Part shown: positions 49,370 through 59,161 of the stretch, one piece after another | Numbering within the stretch: the first letter of the stretch is position 1 | Layout: each line of letters starts with the position of its first letter | NCBI GenBank assembly: GCA_949283935.1 | Contig: CASDUJ010000021.1 | Span: 38,396 to 102,395, forward strand | Length of the DNA: 64,000 nucleotides | Reading direction: 5' to 3' | Source of the DNA: an uncultured bacterium | Lineage (GTDB): Bacteria; Cyanobacteriota; Vampirovibrionia; Gastranaerophilales; JAILCC01 | Translations under genes and position numbers: made by a program | The notes under the pieces: model-generated | What the model saw: only the letters and a program-made list of their open reading frames with translations | Databases searched by the model: none | What the model was told of the DNA's origin: nothing

Positions 49370-49960
49370 ATGAACGAAGTATTTTATGTTAAAAATTTTT
49401 CTTATAAGATGCCGGATACCTTAAATATTGAATCTGTGCCTATGATGATTCGTAGAAGACTTAGTTTAATAGAAAAGTTGGCTATATCTTCTATGCTCGA
49501 TTGTTACGAAAACAATAATGTAAATCTTATTTTCGCATCCAAATATGGAGAAATAGAAAGAAGTTTACGTTTAATTAAACAATATATTACAGATAATGCT
49601 GTATCTCCTACTGATTTTGGATTTTCGGTTCATAATTCTTCTCTTAGTATTTTTTCAATTTTAAATAAAATAACAAATTCTTATAATTCAATTTCCGCTG
49701 GGGAAAATAGCTTTGCGTGCGCACTTTTGGATGGAGTTACACTTCTTCCTAAAGCTGATAGTTTGATTTGTTATGCTGATACTGAAGAAAAAAATTTTTC
49801 TTTTTCTATTTTAATTTCTTCTAATAATTCTATTGGTTCAACAAAAATAACTTTAACTGAAAAAAATTTTCAATCTGATAACAAACTTGATTTTACTGCA
49901 TTTTTTGCTGGTAATTTAAAGTTTCTTGATTTAGGTTTGTTTTCTATTTTTAAGGAGTAA
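49370..49960 (+). CDS. Beta-ketoacyl synthase N-terminal-like / chain-length-factor-like protein (ApeC-like)
   Basis: 196 aa with R.S...KLAI, ASKYGE and SPTDFGFSVHNSSLSIFSI, and no catalytic Cys. It matches my recollection of the short KS-like family found in APE clusters. Confidence 0.6.
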   Translation: MNEVFYVKNFSYKMPDTLNIESVPMMIRRRLSLIEKLAISSMLDCYENNNVNLIFASKYGEIERSLRLIKQYITDNAVSPTDFGFSVHNSSLSIFSILNKITNSYNSISAGENSFACALLDGVTLLPKADSLICYADTEEKNFSFSILISSNNSIGSTKITLTEKNFQSDNKLDFTAFFAGNLKFLDLGLFSIFKE

Positions 49961-49961
49961 A

Positions 49962-50705
49962 ATGTATTTGCTAAGAATTTTTACAGTTTTATTTGCATTT
50001 TTTGTTTTTGGGTTAGGTGCATTATGTTTAGGTTTTATTATCTTTCCTTTGGTTTCAATTTTTGCCAAAAAAAATAATAAACAGAAAACTTTTGTTTTTT
50101 TAATTCATAAATCTTGGAAGATTTTTAGATATATTATGGTTTGCTTACAAATTATTAAATTTGAATTTCCTCACATCAAATTTATGCAACAATTGCGTGG
50201 GAAGATTATTGTTTCTAATCATCCTTCTCTAATTGATATCGTTATTTTGATTTCTTCTATTCCAAATAGTATTAGTGTTGTAAAAAGTGAGCTTGCTTCA
50301 AATTTTTTTGTCCGAAATATTATTTTAAATGCATATTTGATAAACGATTCAGATGTAGATAAATTTAAAAACAATGCGAAAGTTTTGTTACAAAATGGTT
50401 TTAATATAGTCATTTTTCCTACAGGTACAAGAACATTAAATAATGAAATTCCTAAAATACACCAAGGGGCTGCTGCTTTAGCAATTGAAAATAATGTAGA
50501 AATTATTCCGCTGAAAATTAACGTGAGTGCTCCTTTTTTAACAAAAAATAATTCTATTTATAAATCTGTAGCGAAAGAAAAAGTATTATTTAAAATAGAA
50601 ACACGTCCTGTAATAAAACCTAATGAAATTTTGTTAAATGAACCAGATTATGTGAAAGCAAGAAAGATCATATCTAATAAAATAAAAGAAGCTTGTTTTA
50701 AATGA
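49962..50705 (+). CDS. Lysophospholipid acyltransferase (PlsC/LPLAT family, ApeD-like)
   Basis: N-terminal TM, the HX4D motif SNHPSLIDIV, and FPTGTR. Confidence 0.8.
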   Translation: MYLLRIFTVLFAFFVFGLGALCLGFIIFPLVSIFAKKNNKQKTFVFLIHKSWKIFRYIMVCLQIIKFEFPHIKFMQQLRGKIIVSNHPSLIDIVILISSIPNSISVVKSELASNFFVRNIILNAYLINDSDVDKFKNNAKVLLQNGFNIVIFPTGTRTLNNEIPKIHQGAAALAIENNVEIIPLKINVSAPFLTKNNSIYKSVAKEKVLFKIETRPVIKPNEILLNEPDYVKARKIISNKIKEACFK

Positions 50706-51471
50706 CAATTTCTTTAGATTCTTTTGTTGTTTCAAGATGCACAAGAGTTTGGGCATATAAGTTTGCGGTTAGCATAGTTGTTGCGTAAATTATTAGCGAA
50801 GTACTTATGCATAAAAACATTGGACTTATAAATCCCATAAATGTAGCTAAAATATTGCAAATAAAATTTAATACATTAACTATTGCTACCCAGCCGAGTA
50901 GTTTTAAGAATACTTTTTTATTGTTTTCAATTAAGCTTAAAGTTTTTTTGAATGTTAAAGCAGAGAAAATATTTTCTGTTCTTATAAATTCTAATGTTGC
51001 TGCAAGAAAATAAGTTGCATAGATTAAAATAACTATAATGAACAATACAGCAGTAACCAATAGTGAAAGCATTTTTATTGGGAATAATATAGATAAGCTG
51101 GTTGTAAAAAATACTAGTAAACCTACGCATAAGACAGCTAAAATAGTAAGAGCCAACCCAAATGTTAAAGAAAAAACCAGAAAAAACAAAGCATATTTTA
51201 TTCCTATAATATAAAATTCTTTAAAACTAAAAGTTTCACATCTTTTGATTAATTTTTCAGAGTAATTTTTAGCGTATTTTAAAGCAAATCCTAAAAGTGC
51301 TGGGTACAATAATGTAGCAATAACAACTGCTAAAAAAGTAAACATATTAATTCCTTTAGGATTTGTGTTGGTCATAAGATTAAAATATGAAAATGGTAAA
51401 ATAATCAAACACCATATCCACCAACTTTTTTGTTTTATTGAATCAATAGCTGTTGCAAAATTTATCTGCAT
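50698..51471 (-). CDS. Polytopic membrane protein, unknown function
   Basis: 257 aa with about 6 hydrophobic helices. I recognise no family. Confidence 0.55.
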   Translation of the reverse strand: MQINFATAIDSIKQKSWWIWCLIILPFSYFNLMTNTNPKGINMFTFLAVVIATLLYPALLGFALKYAKNYSEKLIKRCETFSFKEFYIIGIKYALFFLVFSLTFGLALTILAVLCVGLLVFFTTSLSILFPIKMLSLLVTAVLFIIVILIYATYFLAATLEFIRTENIFSALTFKKTLSLIENNKKVFLKLLGWVAIVNVLNFICNILATFMGFISPMFLCISTSLIIYATTMLTANLYAQTLVHLETTKESKEIVI

Positions 51472-51619
51472 TTTATTATTCCTTAAATATTTTTGCTATC
51501 TTTATGATACTAACAAATTTTGAAATATTTCTCAACAATAATAGTAGCTATTAGCAAAAAAAAATTTTCAGAGTAATTATATAATACGTGTAAATGCAAA
51601 GATAAAAAGTGAGGTAAAA

Positions 51620-52015
51620 ATGCAAATTCATTCTATATCGTCTGTAAATAATTTCAATGGACTTTGGCATAAAGGTGTAGCTGTTCCTTTGTATAGCTTT
51701 GAAGTATCCAAAAATGGTAAAATTCTTCCACAAGATCCAAATGAAATTTGTTTTGTAAATGCATATTATCCTTTTGCTGACGAAACTAAAGCACAAATTG
51801 AAAAAAATACTCTTGCTTACAAGGATAAAGATGGCATGTTGCATGTTGCTATAATTGAACCTGCATTTGATTTTACTCAAGATGAATTTTGCAAAGCATC
51901 GCAAAAAGAAATTGAAGAGATGCTTCCTTGTTATCATCGTTTTTCTGATTCAAGAGAGCGCGAAGATGAATTTGATTTTTGTGATTGTTATGTAGCTAAA
52001 ATCAGAAAAAATTAG
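51620..52015 (+). CDS. Small Cys-containing protein, unknown function
   Basis: 131 aa with GTGAGG upstream. MQIHSISSVNNF... The overlapping minus-strand ORF 51551..51937 is low-complexity and rejected. Confidence 0.55.
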   Translation: MQIHSISSVNNFNGLWHKGVAVPLYSFEVSKNGKILPQDPNEICFVNAYYPFADETKAQIEKNTLAYKDKDGMLHVAIIEPAFDFTQDEFCKASQKEIEEMLPCYHRFSDSREREDEFDFCDCYVAKIRKN

Positions 52016-52135
52016 TTAAAAAATTTCCTCTTCTGCTTTAAGAAAACAGTTGTAATTTTCTTATTTTCACGCTATCTTTTTGGTATGGCTACTAAATATT
52101 AGCTGAGAAAATACCAAAAGGAGGAATTTTTAATT

Positions 52136-55100
52136 ATGTCTGGTAAAACAATAACAGTTGATGGTAATTACGCAGCTGCGCATATTGCTTATGCCTTAAG
52201 CGAAGTATCAGCAATTTATCCAATTACACCTTCATCTACAATGGGGGAATGGGTTGATGAGTGGGCGTCTCAACACAAAAAAAATATTTGGGGCAAAGAA
52301 GTAAGTGTCGCAGAAATGCAATCAGAAGCTGGCGCTGCTGGTGCTGTTCATGGTTCTTTAGCTGCAGGATGCTTAACTTCTACTTATACAGCTTCCCAAG
52401 GTTTATTACTAATGATTCCTGTTATGCACAAAATAGCGGGAGAAATGTTACCTTCAGTTATACACGTTGCTGCTAGAGCTATTGCTGCTCAGTCTTTATC
52501 AATTTTTGGCGATCATTCTGATGTTATGGGTTGTCGTAATACAGGATATGCTATGTTAGCAGCTAATTCTGTTCAAGAAGAAATGGATTTGGCTTTGGTT
52601 GCTCATTTAGCTACATATAAATCTAAAGTACCTTTCTTGCAATTTTTTGATGGTTTTAGAACTTCTCACGAAGTACACAAAATTGAGGAAATTTCTTATG
52701 AAAATATTGCAAAATTAGTTGAGTCTAAGTATATAGAAGAATTTAGACAAAGAGCTTTAAGACCCGAAACTCCTGTTTGTAAAGTTGGTGCTCAAAATAC
52801 AGATGTTTATTTCCAAGGTCGTGAAACTGTTAATAAATTTTACAATAAAGTTCCTGATATTGTTCAAGAATATATGGACAAAGTAGCAGAATTAACTGGT
52901 AGAAAATATAAACCTTTTGATTATGTTGGTGCATCTGATGCTACTGACGTAATTGTTGCTATGGGTTCAGGTTGCGAAACAATTGAAGAAACTATTGAAT
53001 ATCTCAATGCAAAACGTGGTACAAAATATGGTTTAATTAAAGTTAGATTGTACAGACCTTTTGATGTTAAAAGATTTAATGATGCTCTTCCAAAATCTGT
53101 TAAACGTATTACTGTTTTGGATAGAACCAAAGAACCTGGTGCAATAGGAGAGCCTTTATATTTGGATGTTGTTGCAGCATTAGACAATAAAGATATAAGA
53201 GTAATTGGTGGACGTTATGGTTTATCATCAAAAGAATTTACTCCTTCTATGGTTTTGGCCGTATACAAGCATGCTGAAAAAAATGGTTTCCATGGTTTTA
53301 CTGTAGGTATTGAAGATGACGTAACAAATCTTTCATTAAAAATTGATGAGCATATAGTTACTGAACCTGAAGGAACTACAAATTGTATGTTTTGGGGATT
53401 AGGTTCTGATGGAACTGTAGGTGCTAACAAAAACTCTATAAAGATTATTGGACAGTATACCAACAAAGATGCTCAAGCATATTTTGCTTACGATTCAAAA
53501 AAATCTTTTGGAGTAACTGTTTCGCATTTGAGATTTGGTGACAAGCCTATTAAGTCGACATATCTGATTACTGCTCCAGATTGTGTATCTTGTTCCGCTC
53601 ATGCATATATAGGCAGGTATGATTTGCTGAAAGGAATCAAAGAAGGTGGTACTTTCTTATTAAATAGTCCTTGGTCTAAGGAAGAAGCATTTTCTCATCT
53701 TACAAAAGATATGCAAGAAACAATAATTAATAAGAAAATCAAATTTTATAATATAAATGCAGAAGAATTGATAAAGAAACAACCTGGACTACGTGGTAAA
53801 GGTGCTAACACAGTTATGATGGTAGCATATTTCAAAGTTTCAGGAATAATTCCTTTTGAACAAGCATATGAAGGTATGAAAGAAATGACAATAAAAACCT
53901 TCAAGAAAAAAGGTGATGATGTTGTAAATATGAACCTTGCTCTTATTGATGCAGCTGTAGATGCTTGCGAAGAGGTACAAATTCCTGCTTCATTAAATAA
54001 TATTGCTTGTGCTGCTGATGTCAAATTAATTCCTGATGATGCAGACGAATTTGCTAAAAAAATAATAGATCCTTCTATGAGACAAAAAGGTGATGATATA
54101 CCTGTTTCTGCAATGTCTGTGGATGGGGTTATTCCTACCGCTACTGCTTGTTTAGAAAAACGTGGTATAGCACCTCGTGTACCTCATTGGAATTCTGATG
54201 CTTGTATTCAATGTGGTATTTGTGCTTCTGCTTGTCCGCATGCAGCAATAAGAACAAAATTATTTGAAAAAGACACATTAAAAAATGCCCCTTCTACTTT
54301 CAAAGCTATTGAAGCAAAACCAAACGAAAATGGAGAAGAATTTAAGGTTCAAGTTTATTGTGAAGATTGCACAGGTTGCGGTGTATGTTTAGACCAATGT
54401 CCTGTTAATGCAAGAACTCCAGAAAAACCTGCTTTATCTTGGTCTTCTATAGAAAAAGAACTTGAAAATGGTGAAATGGAAAATGAAAAATTCTTCGATA
54501 ATGCTCCTGATAATGTTATGGGCAAAAATACAACCAAAACTATCAAAGGTGCAATGCTTAGAAAACCTTTATTTGAATTTTCAGGTGCTTGTGCAGGATG
54601 TGGTGAAACTCCATATGTTAAATTAATTTCACAACTTTTTGGGGAAAATATGATAGTTGCGAATGCAACAGGATGTTCTTCTATATATTCAGGTACTTTC
54701 CCCACAATTCCTTATACTAAAGATAAAAATGGCAGAGGACCTGCTTGGGCAAATTCTTTATTTGAAGATAATGCCGAATTTGGTTTTGGCATGAGATTAG
54801 CTGTTGATCAAAACAGAGACACTTTGAAAACTTATGTAAATAAAGTTCTTGAAAGCGGCAAAGCTCCAGAAGACTTAAAAGAAGCCTTACAGAATGCTAT
54901 GTCTCATTTTGAAAATTCTAAAACTGAAGAGGCTATTGCTGCACAAAATAATGTAAAAATTGTTTTGGCAAAGTATTCAAACGTTGATTGTCCTGATTTG
55001 GCAAAAGTTAGAGAATTACAAGATTATTTTACTGATAAATCTGTATGGATTATTGGTGGAGACGGATGGGCTAATGATATTGGCTATGGTGGAATTGACC

Positions 55101-55672
55101 ATGTTTTAGCTCAAGGAAAAGATGTTAATATTCTTGTTTTAGATACTGAAGTTTATTCTAATACTGGTGGACAAGCTTCGAAATCTACTCCAACAGGTGC
55201 TGTGGCAAAATTTGCCACAGGCGGAAAGCCTACTTACAAAAAGAACATGCCATTAATGAGTATGTCATATGGTTATGTGTACGTTGCATCTGTTGCTTTA
55301 GGTGCTGACAGAGCTCAAACACTTAAAGCATTACAAGAAGCCGAAAGCTACAATGGACCTTCAATAATCTTTGCATATGCACCTTGTATTGCTCATGGTA
55401 TTGATATGAGCAAAACTCAAACTGAGCAAAAACGTGCTGTAGAAGCAGGTTATTTCCCATTATTCAGATATAATCCTGCTAATGAAGTACCTTTTACTTG
55501 GGATGCAAAGGATCCAAAAGGAAGCTATCAAGATTTTATAAGAAGTGAAGGACGATATAAATCACTATTGAAAACTAATCCTGAAGCTGCTGAAGCTTTG
55601 TATACTCAAGCAGAAAAAGATGCTGCAAAACGTATGTCCGTTTTCAAAGCTGTTGGCGAATTACTAAAATAA
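52136..55672 (+). CDS. nifJ: Pyruvate:ferredoxin (flavodoxin) oxidoreductase
   Basis: 1178 aa. It has two ferredoxin-type clusters (CIQCGICASACP, CTGCGVCLDQCP) and the TPP site GGDGWANDIGYGG. RBS AAGGAGG. Confidence 0.96.
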   Translation: MSGKTITVDGNYAAAHIAYALSEVSAIYPITPSSTMGEWVDEWASQHKKNIWGKEVSVAEMQSEAGAAGAVHGSLAAGCLTSTYTASQGLLLMIPVMHKIAGEMLPSVIHVAARAIAAQSLSIFGDHSDVMGCRNTGYAMLAANSVQEEMDLALVAHLATYKSKVPFLQFFDGFRTSHEVHKIEEISYENIAKLVESKYIEEFRQRALRPETPVCKVGAQNTDVYFQGRETVNKFYNKVPDIVQEYMDKVAELTGRKYKPFDYVGASDATDVIVAMGSGCETIEETIEYLNAKRGTKYGLIKVRLYRPFDVKRFNDALPKSVKRITVLDRTKEPGAIGEPLYLDVVAALDNKDIRVIGGRYGLSSKEFTPSMVLAVYKHAEKNGFHGFTVGIEDDVTNLSLKIDEHIVTEPEGTTNCMFWGLGSDGTVGANKNSIKIIGQYTNKDAQAYFAYDSKKSFGVTVSHLRFGDKPIKSTYLITAPDCVSCSAHAYIGRYDLLKGIKEGGTFLLNSPWSKEEAFSHLTKDMQETIINKKIKFYNINAEELIKKQPGLRGKGANTVMMVAYFKVSGIIPFEQAYEGMKEMTIKTFKKKGDDVVNMNLALIDAAVDACEEVQIPASLNNIACAADVKLIPDDADEFAKKIIDPSMRQKGDDIPVSAMSVDGVIPTATACLEKRGIAPRVPHWNSDACIQCGICASACPHAAIRTKLFEKDTLKNAPSTFKAIEAKPNENGEEFKVQVYCEDCTGCGVCLDQCPVNARTPEKPALSWSSIEKELENGEMENEKFFDNAPDNVMGKNTTKTIKGAMLRKPLFEFSGACAGCGETPYVKLISQLFGENMIVANATGCSSIYSGTFPTIPYTKDKNGRGPAWANSLFEDNAEFGFGMRLAVDQNRDTLKTYVNKVLESGKAPEDLKEALQNAMSHFENSKTEEAIAAQNNVKIVLAKYSNVDCPDLAKVRELQDYFTDKSVWIIGGDGWANDIGYGGIDHVLAQGKDVNILVLDTEVYSNTGGQASKSTPTGAVAKFATGGKPTYKKNMPLMSMSYGYVYVASVALGADRAQTLKALQEAESYNGPSIIFAYAPCIAHGIDMSKTQTEQKRAVEAGYFPLFRYNPANEVPFTWDAKDPKGSYQDFIRSEGRYKSLLKTNPEAAEALYTQAEKDAAKRMSVFKAVGELLK

Positions 55673-55684
55673 TAAACTACAATA

Positions 55685-55720
55685 AAAAATAGCGGGTAAC
55701 AAATGTTATCCGCTATTTTT
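55685..55720. terminator. Bidirectional intrinsic terminator between nifJ and the convergent small gene
   Basis: AAAAATAGCGGGTAAC-AAAT-GTTATCCGCTATTTTT. The 16-bp stem (one G-U pair) has an A-run and a T-run on either side. Confidence 0.8.
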
Positions 55721-55722
55721 AT

Positions 55723-56100
55723 TTACAGTAAATGCTTTTCTATTTCTTTTGCTTTTTTAATTCTGAAATTTTCTTCTTCAATTTTTCTTAAAATTCTATT
55801 GAGTAGTTTACAAACATTATTGTCAATAATTATACCTTGTTTAGCTTCTAGGTTTCTTATGCTGTTATCTGCCTGACAAGTATTTTTGCTTGCCAGAATG
55901 AATGGAAATGTGTCATGTTGATATACTACTTTATGATAAGGAGAATTTCTATCTATGTAATCAATAGTGTATAAGCAAACTTGTTGTTTTTGTGGGGAAA
56001 GCTTTTTGATAGATTTTAATAATTCAGGATTATTTTTATTAACAAAAGGCATTCCGAAGGTTTCTTTTGAATAATTCTTTGAAATTTTTGTGATTTGCAT
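55723..56100 (-). CDS. Small protein, unknown function (shares an N-terminal motif with 62047..62427)
   Basis: 125 aa, MQITKISKNYSKETFGMPFVNKN.... GGGGAAAAA lies upstream on the minus strand. Confidence 0.55.
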   Translation of the reverse strand: MQITKISKNYSKETFGMPFVNKNNPELLKSIKKLSPQKQQVCLYTIDYIDRNSPYHKVVYQHDTFPFILASKNTCQADNSIRNLEAKQGIIIDNNVCKLLNRILRKIEEENFRIKKAKEIEKHLL

Positions 56101-56167
56101 TTTTTCCCCTTTATTTTTCTAGCTGTTATATCAAAACACGAAAAAAATAAATTTGATATTTATTTTC

Positions 56168-56204
56168 AAAAACCCAGTAATTTGTTTTTAAATTACTGGG
56201 TTTT
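56168..56204. terminator. Intrinsic terminator downstream of ileS (bidirectional shape)
   Basis: CCCAGTAATTT-GTTTTT-AAATTACTGGG, an 11-bp perfect stem flanked by AAAAA and TTTT. Confidence 0.8.
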
Positions 56205-56222
56205 GTCTGCATAAATTTAAAG

Positions 56223-59054
56223 TTAATTTTCTGAAATTGCCTTTTGACAATCTTCACATATAGTTGGATGTTTAGAATTTTTATCTAAAATTCTGTATTT
56301 CCAGCACCTTTCACATTTTTCGCCTTGGGCTTTTGCTACTTCAACCTTTATTCCATCTTCTTCAAGGGTATTTAGTATTTCATTTGGCGTTGGTTTATTC
56401 AAAAATACTTGAGATGTAATAAATATACCTGCTAAATCTTTTTCACTTTCTTTTAAGTAAGAAGTAATTTTGTTATTTGTACTTGATACATGAACACTAA
56501 CTTCAAGTGAACTTCCTACTTTTTTATCAGCTCTTAAGGGTTCAATAGCCTTTGTTACAACTTCTCTTACCCTCAAAATTTCTGTCCATTTTTCATCAAT
56601 TTGAGGATTTAACCATTTTTCATTTCCTTTACACCAATCAGCTAGAAGAATACTTTCTAAACCTAATTTTTGCTTTTTGGGTACATAAGAAAATATATCT
56701 TCAGCTTGGTGAGGCATAACTGGTGCCATCATTTTTAAAATTGCAAGCATTGTTTCGTAAAGTACTGTTTGTGCAGATTTTCTTGATATTGACTTTTTAC
56801 CTGCTGTATAAAGTCTGTCTTTAACTATATCAAGATAAAATGAACTTAAATCTACTGCGGCAAAATTTTGTAAAAATTGAAAATATTTGTAAAATTCATA
56901 ATCATTAAAAGATTGTGTAACGTTTTCTATTAAAACCTGAAGTCTGTGTAAGGCAAATTTATCGATTTCTTCAAGGTTTTCATATTGTACATAATCATTT
57001 TGCGGGTCAAAATCGTATATGTTACCCAATAAGAAACGCATAGTATTTCTTACTTTTTTAAATACTTCTACAAGTTGTTTTATAATATTATCACCAATTT
57101 TGACATCATTTCTGTAATCAACACTTGCTGCCCAAAGTCTTAATACATCAGCACCATATACGTTTATGATTTTTTGTGGTTCTACAAAATTTCCTAAACT
57201 TTTGCTCATCTTTCTGCCTTCACCATCAAGTACAAAACCATGCGTAAGTACTTCTTTGTATGGAGCAATTCCTTTGATAGCTATACTTGTTAAAAGTGAC
57301 GATTGAAACCATCCTCTGTGCTGATCTGAACCTTCCAGATACATATCAACAGGCGAGCCAAGTAATTCTTCTTTTCTAGCATCAACTACAGCTCTATGTG
57401 TAATTCCACTGTCAAACCATACGTCCATTATGTCAGTTTCTTTTTTTAATTTCCTGCTTTTGCAGTGCGGGCATTCATAATCTTTACCAAGAATCTCAGA
57501 AACATCGTATTTTGTCCAAGCATCTGATGATTCTTTTTCAAATAAATCAGCTACTTTTGCTATAGTTTCAGAAGTTACTATTGCTTCTCCACAATCTTCG
57601 CAGTAGAAAACAGGAATTGGTACTCCCCAAGCTCTTTGGCGACTTATACACCAATCTGAACGAGATTCTACCATATTTCCTATCCTTTGTTCCCCACTTT
57701 TGGGTATCCATTTTACATTTTTTATTGCTTCCATTGCTTCACTTCTGAAAGCTCCAACATCTACAAACCATTGTGGAGTGGCTCTATATATAACAGGTTT
57801 TTTGCAACGCCAACAATGCGGATAACTGTGAGAAATATCGTTTTGCCCAAGTAGGGCGTTTTCTTCTTTAAGTCTTTCAATAACTGCTTTGTTTCCATCG
57901 TTATATTTTAAACCTTCAAATTCTCCTGCTTCTGACGTAAATATACCTTTGTTATTAAGTGGAGAAAGTACAGGAATTTTATATTTCATGCAAACTTCAT
58001 AGTCTTCTAAACCATGTCCAGGAGCTGTATGTACACAACCCGTTCCAGCTTCTGTAGTTACGTGATCACCTAAAATTATTGTTGAGTTTCTGTTATAAAG
58101 TGGATGTTTTGTGTTTAAAAGTTCTAAGTCTGAACCTTGACATTTTCCTATAATTTTTATGTTCTCTAATTTTGTTTCTGATAAGAAATTTTTCAATAAT
58201 TCAGTGGCTATAATGTAAACTTCTTCCCTATTTTCAACAAATGAATATTCTAAATTAGCGTTAAGAGATATAGCTAAGTTTGCTGGAATTGTCCAAGGAG
58301 TAGTTGTCCATATAACTGCATATAATGGCTTTTGGATTTCTATTTTAGCCTTTTGGTAAGCTTTTTTTTCATCTTCAGATAAAAATTTGAATTTTACAAA
58401 AATACTTGTTGAGGTATGGTCTGCATATTCTACTTCTGCTTCGGCTAGCGCCGTTTCACAATCTGCACACCAATAAACTGGCTTTAAGCCTTTGTATATG
58501 TAACCTTTTTCATACATTTCACCGAAAACTCTAACTTGTTCAGCTTCAAATTCAGGTTTTATTGTCAAATATGGGTTTTCCCAATTTCCCCAAACTCCCA
58601 GTCTTTTGAAATTTTCTTCTTGTCCTTTTAAATTTTTGGCAGCAAATTCACGGCATTTTTCCCTAAGTTGTGTTGGAGTTAGTGATTCTCTTCCACCTTT
58701 TATAGATTTTACAACTGCATTTTCAATTGGAAGTCCGTGTGCATCATACCCTGGAATATATGGCGAATAGTATCCAGATAAAGATTTATATTTTACCAAT
58801 ATGTCCTTTAAAATTTTGTTTAGGGCTGTTCCTATGTGGATTTTATCCGAACTTAAATATGGAGGCCCATCATGAAGTATAAATGATTTTCCTTTGCTGC
58901 GTTGTGATATGTTTTTTTCGTATATATTGTTTTCTTCCCAAAATTTCTGTATTTCTGGTTCTTTTTGGGCTGCATTTGCTCTCATTGGTAAATCTGTTTG
59001 TGGTAAATTTAGCGTATTTTTATAATCATTTTTCTTTTCTTCTTCAGTTGCCAT
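56223..59054 (-). CDS. ileS: Isoleucyl-tRNA synthetase
   Basis: KMSKSLGN, an HIGH-region variant (DKIHIGTA), the CP1 editing domain, and a C-terminal Zn motif CERCWKY...CEDC. I prefer the ATG at 59054 (GGAG 6 nt upstream) over the track start at 59078. Confidence 0.95.
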   Translation of the reverse strand: MATEEEKKNDYKNTLNLPQTDLPMRANAAQKEPEIQKFWEENNIYEKNISQRSKGKSFILHDGPPYLSSDKIHIGTALNKILKDILVKYKSLSGYYSPYIPGYDAHGLPIENAVVKSIKGGRESLTPTQLREKCREFAAKNLKGQEENFKRLGVWGNWENPYLTIKPEFEAEQVRVFGEMYEKGYIYKGLKPVYWCADCETALAEAEVEYADHTSTSIFVKFKFLSEDEKKAYQKAKIEIQKPLYAVIWTTTPWTIPANLAISLNANLEYSFVENREEVYIIATELLKNFLSETKLENIKIIGKCQGSDLELLNTKHPLYNRNSTIILGDHVTTEAGTGCVHTAPGHGLEDYEVCMKYKIPVLSPLNNKGIFTSEAGEFEGLKYNDGNKAVIERLKEENALLGQNDISHSYPHCWRCKKPVIYRATPQWFVDVGAFRSEAMEAIKNVKWIPKSGEQRIGNMVESRSDWCISRQRAWGVPIPVFYCEDCGEAIVTSETIAKVADLFEKESSDAWTKYDVSEILGKDYECPHCKSRKLKKETDIMDVWFDSGITHRAVVDARKEELLGSPVDMYLEGSDQHRGWFQSSLLTSIAIKGIAPYKEVLTHGFVLDGEGRKMSKSLGNFVEPQKIINVYGADVLRLWAASVDYRNDVKIGDNIIKQLVEVFKKVRNTMRFLLGNIYDFDPQNDYVQYENLEEIDKFALHRLQVLIENVTQSFNDYEFYKYFQFLQNFAAVDLSSFYLDIVKDRLYTAGKKSISRKSAQTVLYETMLAILKMMAPVMPHQAEDIFSYVPKKQKLGLESILLADWCKGNEKWLNPQIDEKWTEILRVREVVTKAIEPLRADKKVGSSLEVSVHVSSTNNKITSYLKESEKDLAGIFITSQVFLNKPTPNEILNTLEEDGIKVEVAKAQGEKCERCWKYRILDKNSKHPTICEDCQKAISEN

Positions 59055-59161
59055 TTTATACTCCGATATTTTTGACATTACACATTGTAATCCACCTACG
59101 CAAAAAGTATAGAATAAAAATACTGACTAATCAATTTGATTTGATTTTTCTGTAATTTAAC

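Noticed and set aside
51551-51937. A 128-aa minus-strand ORF overlaps the small gene at 51620..52015.
   Set aside because: It is rich in F/I/Y/C low-complexity sequence and has no RBS. The plus-strand ORF has GTGAGG upstream and a more protein-like composition.
59077-59091. A perfect palindrome ATTACA-CAT-TGTAAT lies just upstream of the probable ileS start. I considered an operator or an RpaB half-site (TTACA).
   Set aside because: Only 6+6 bp in very AT-rich DNA is expected by chance. HLR1 sites are direct repeats, not inverted ones. There is no T-box or other recognisable leader for ileS.
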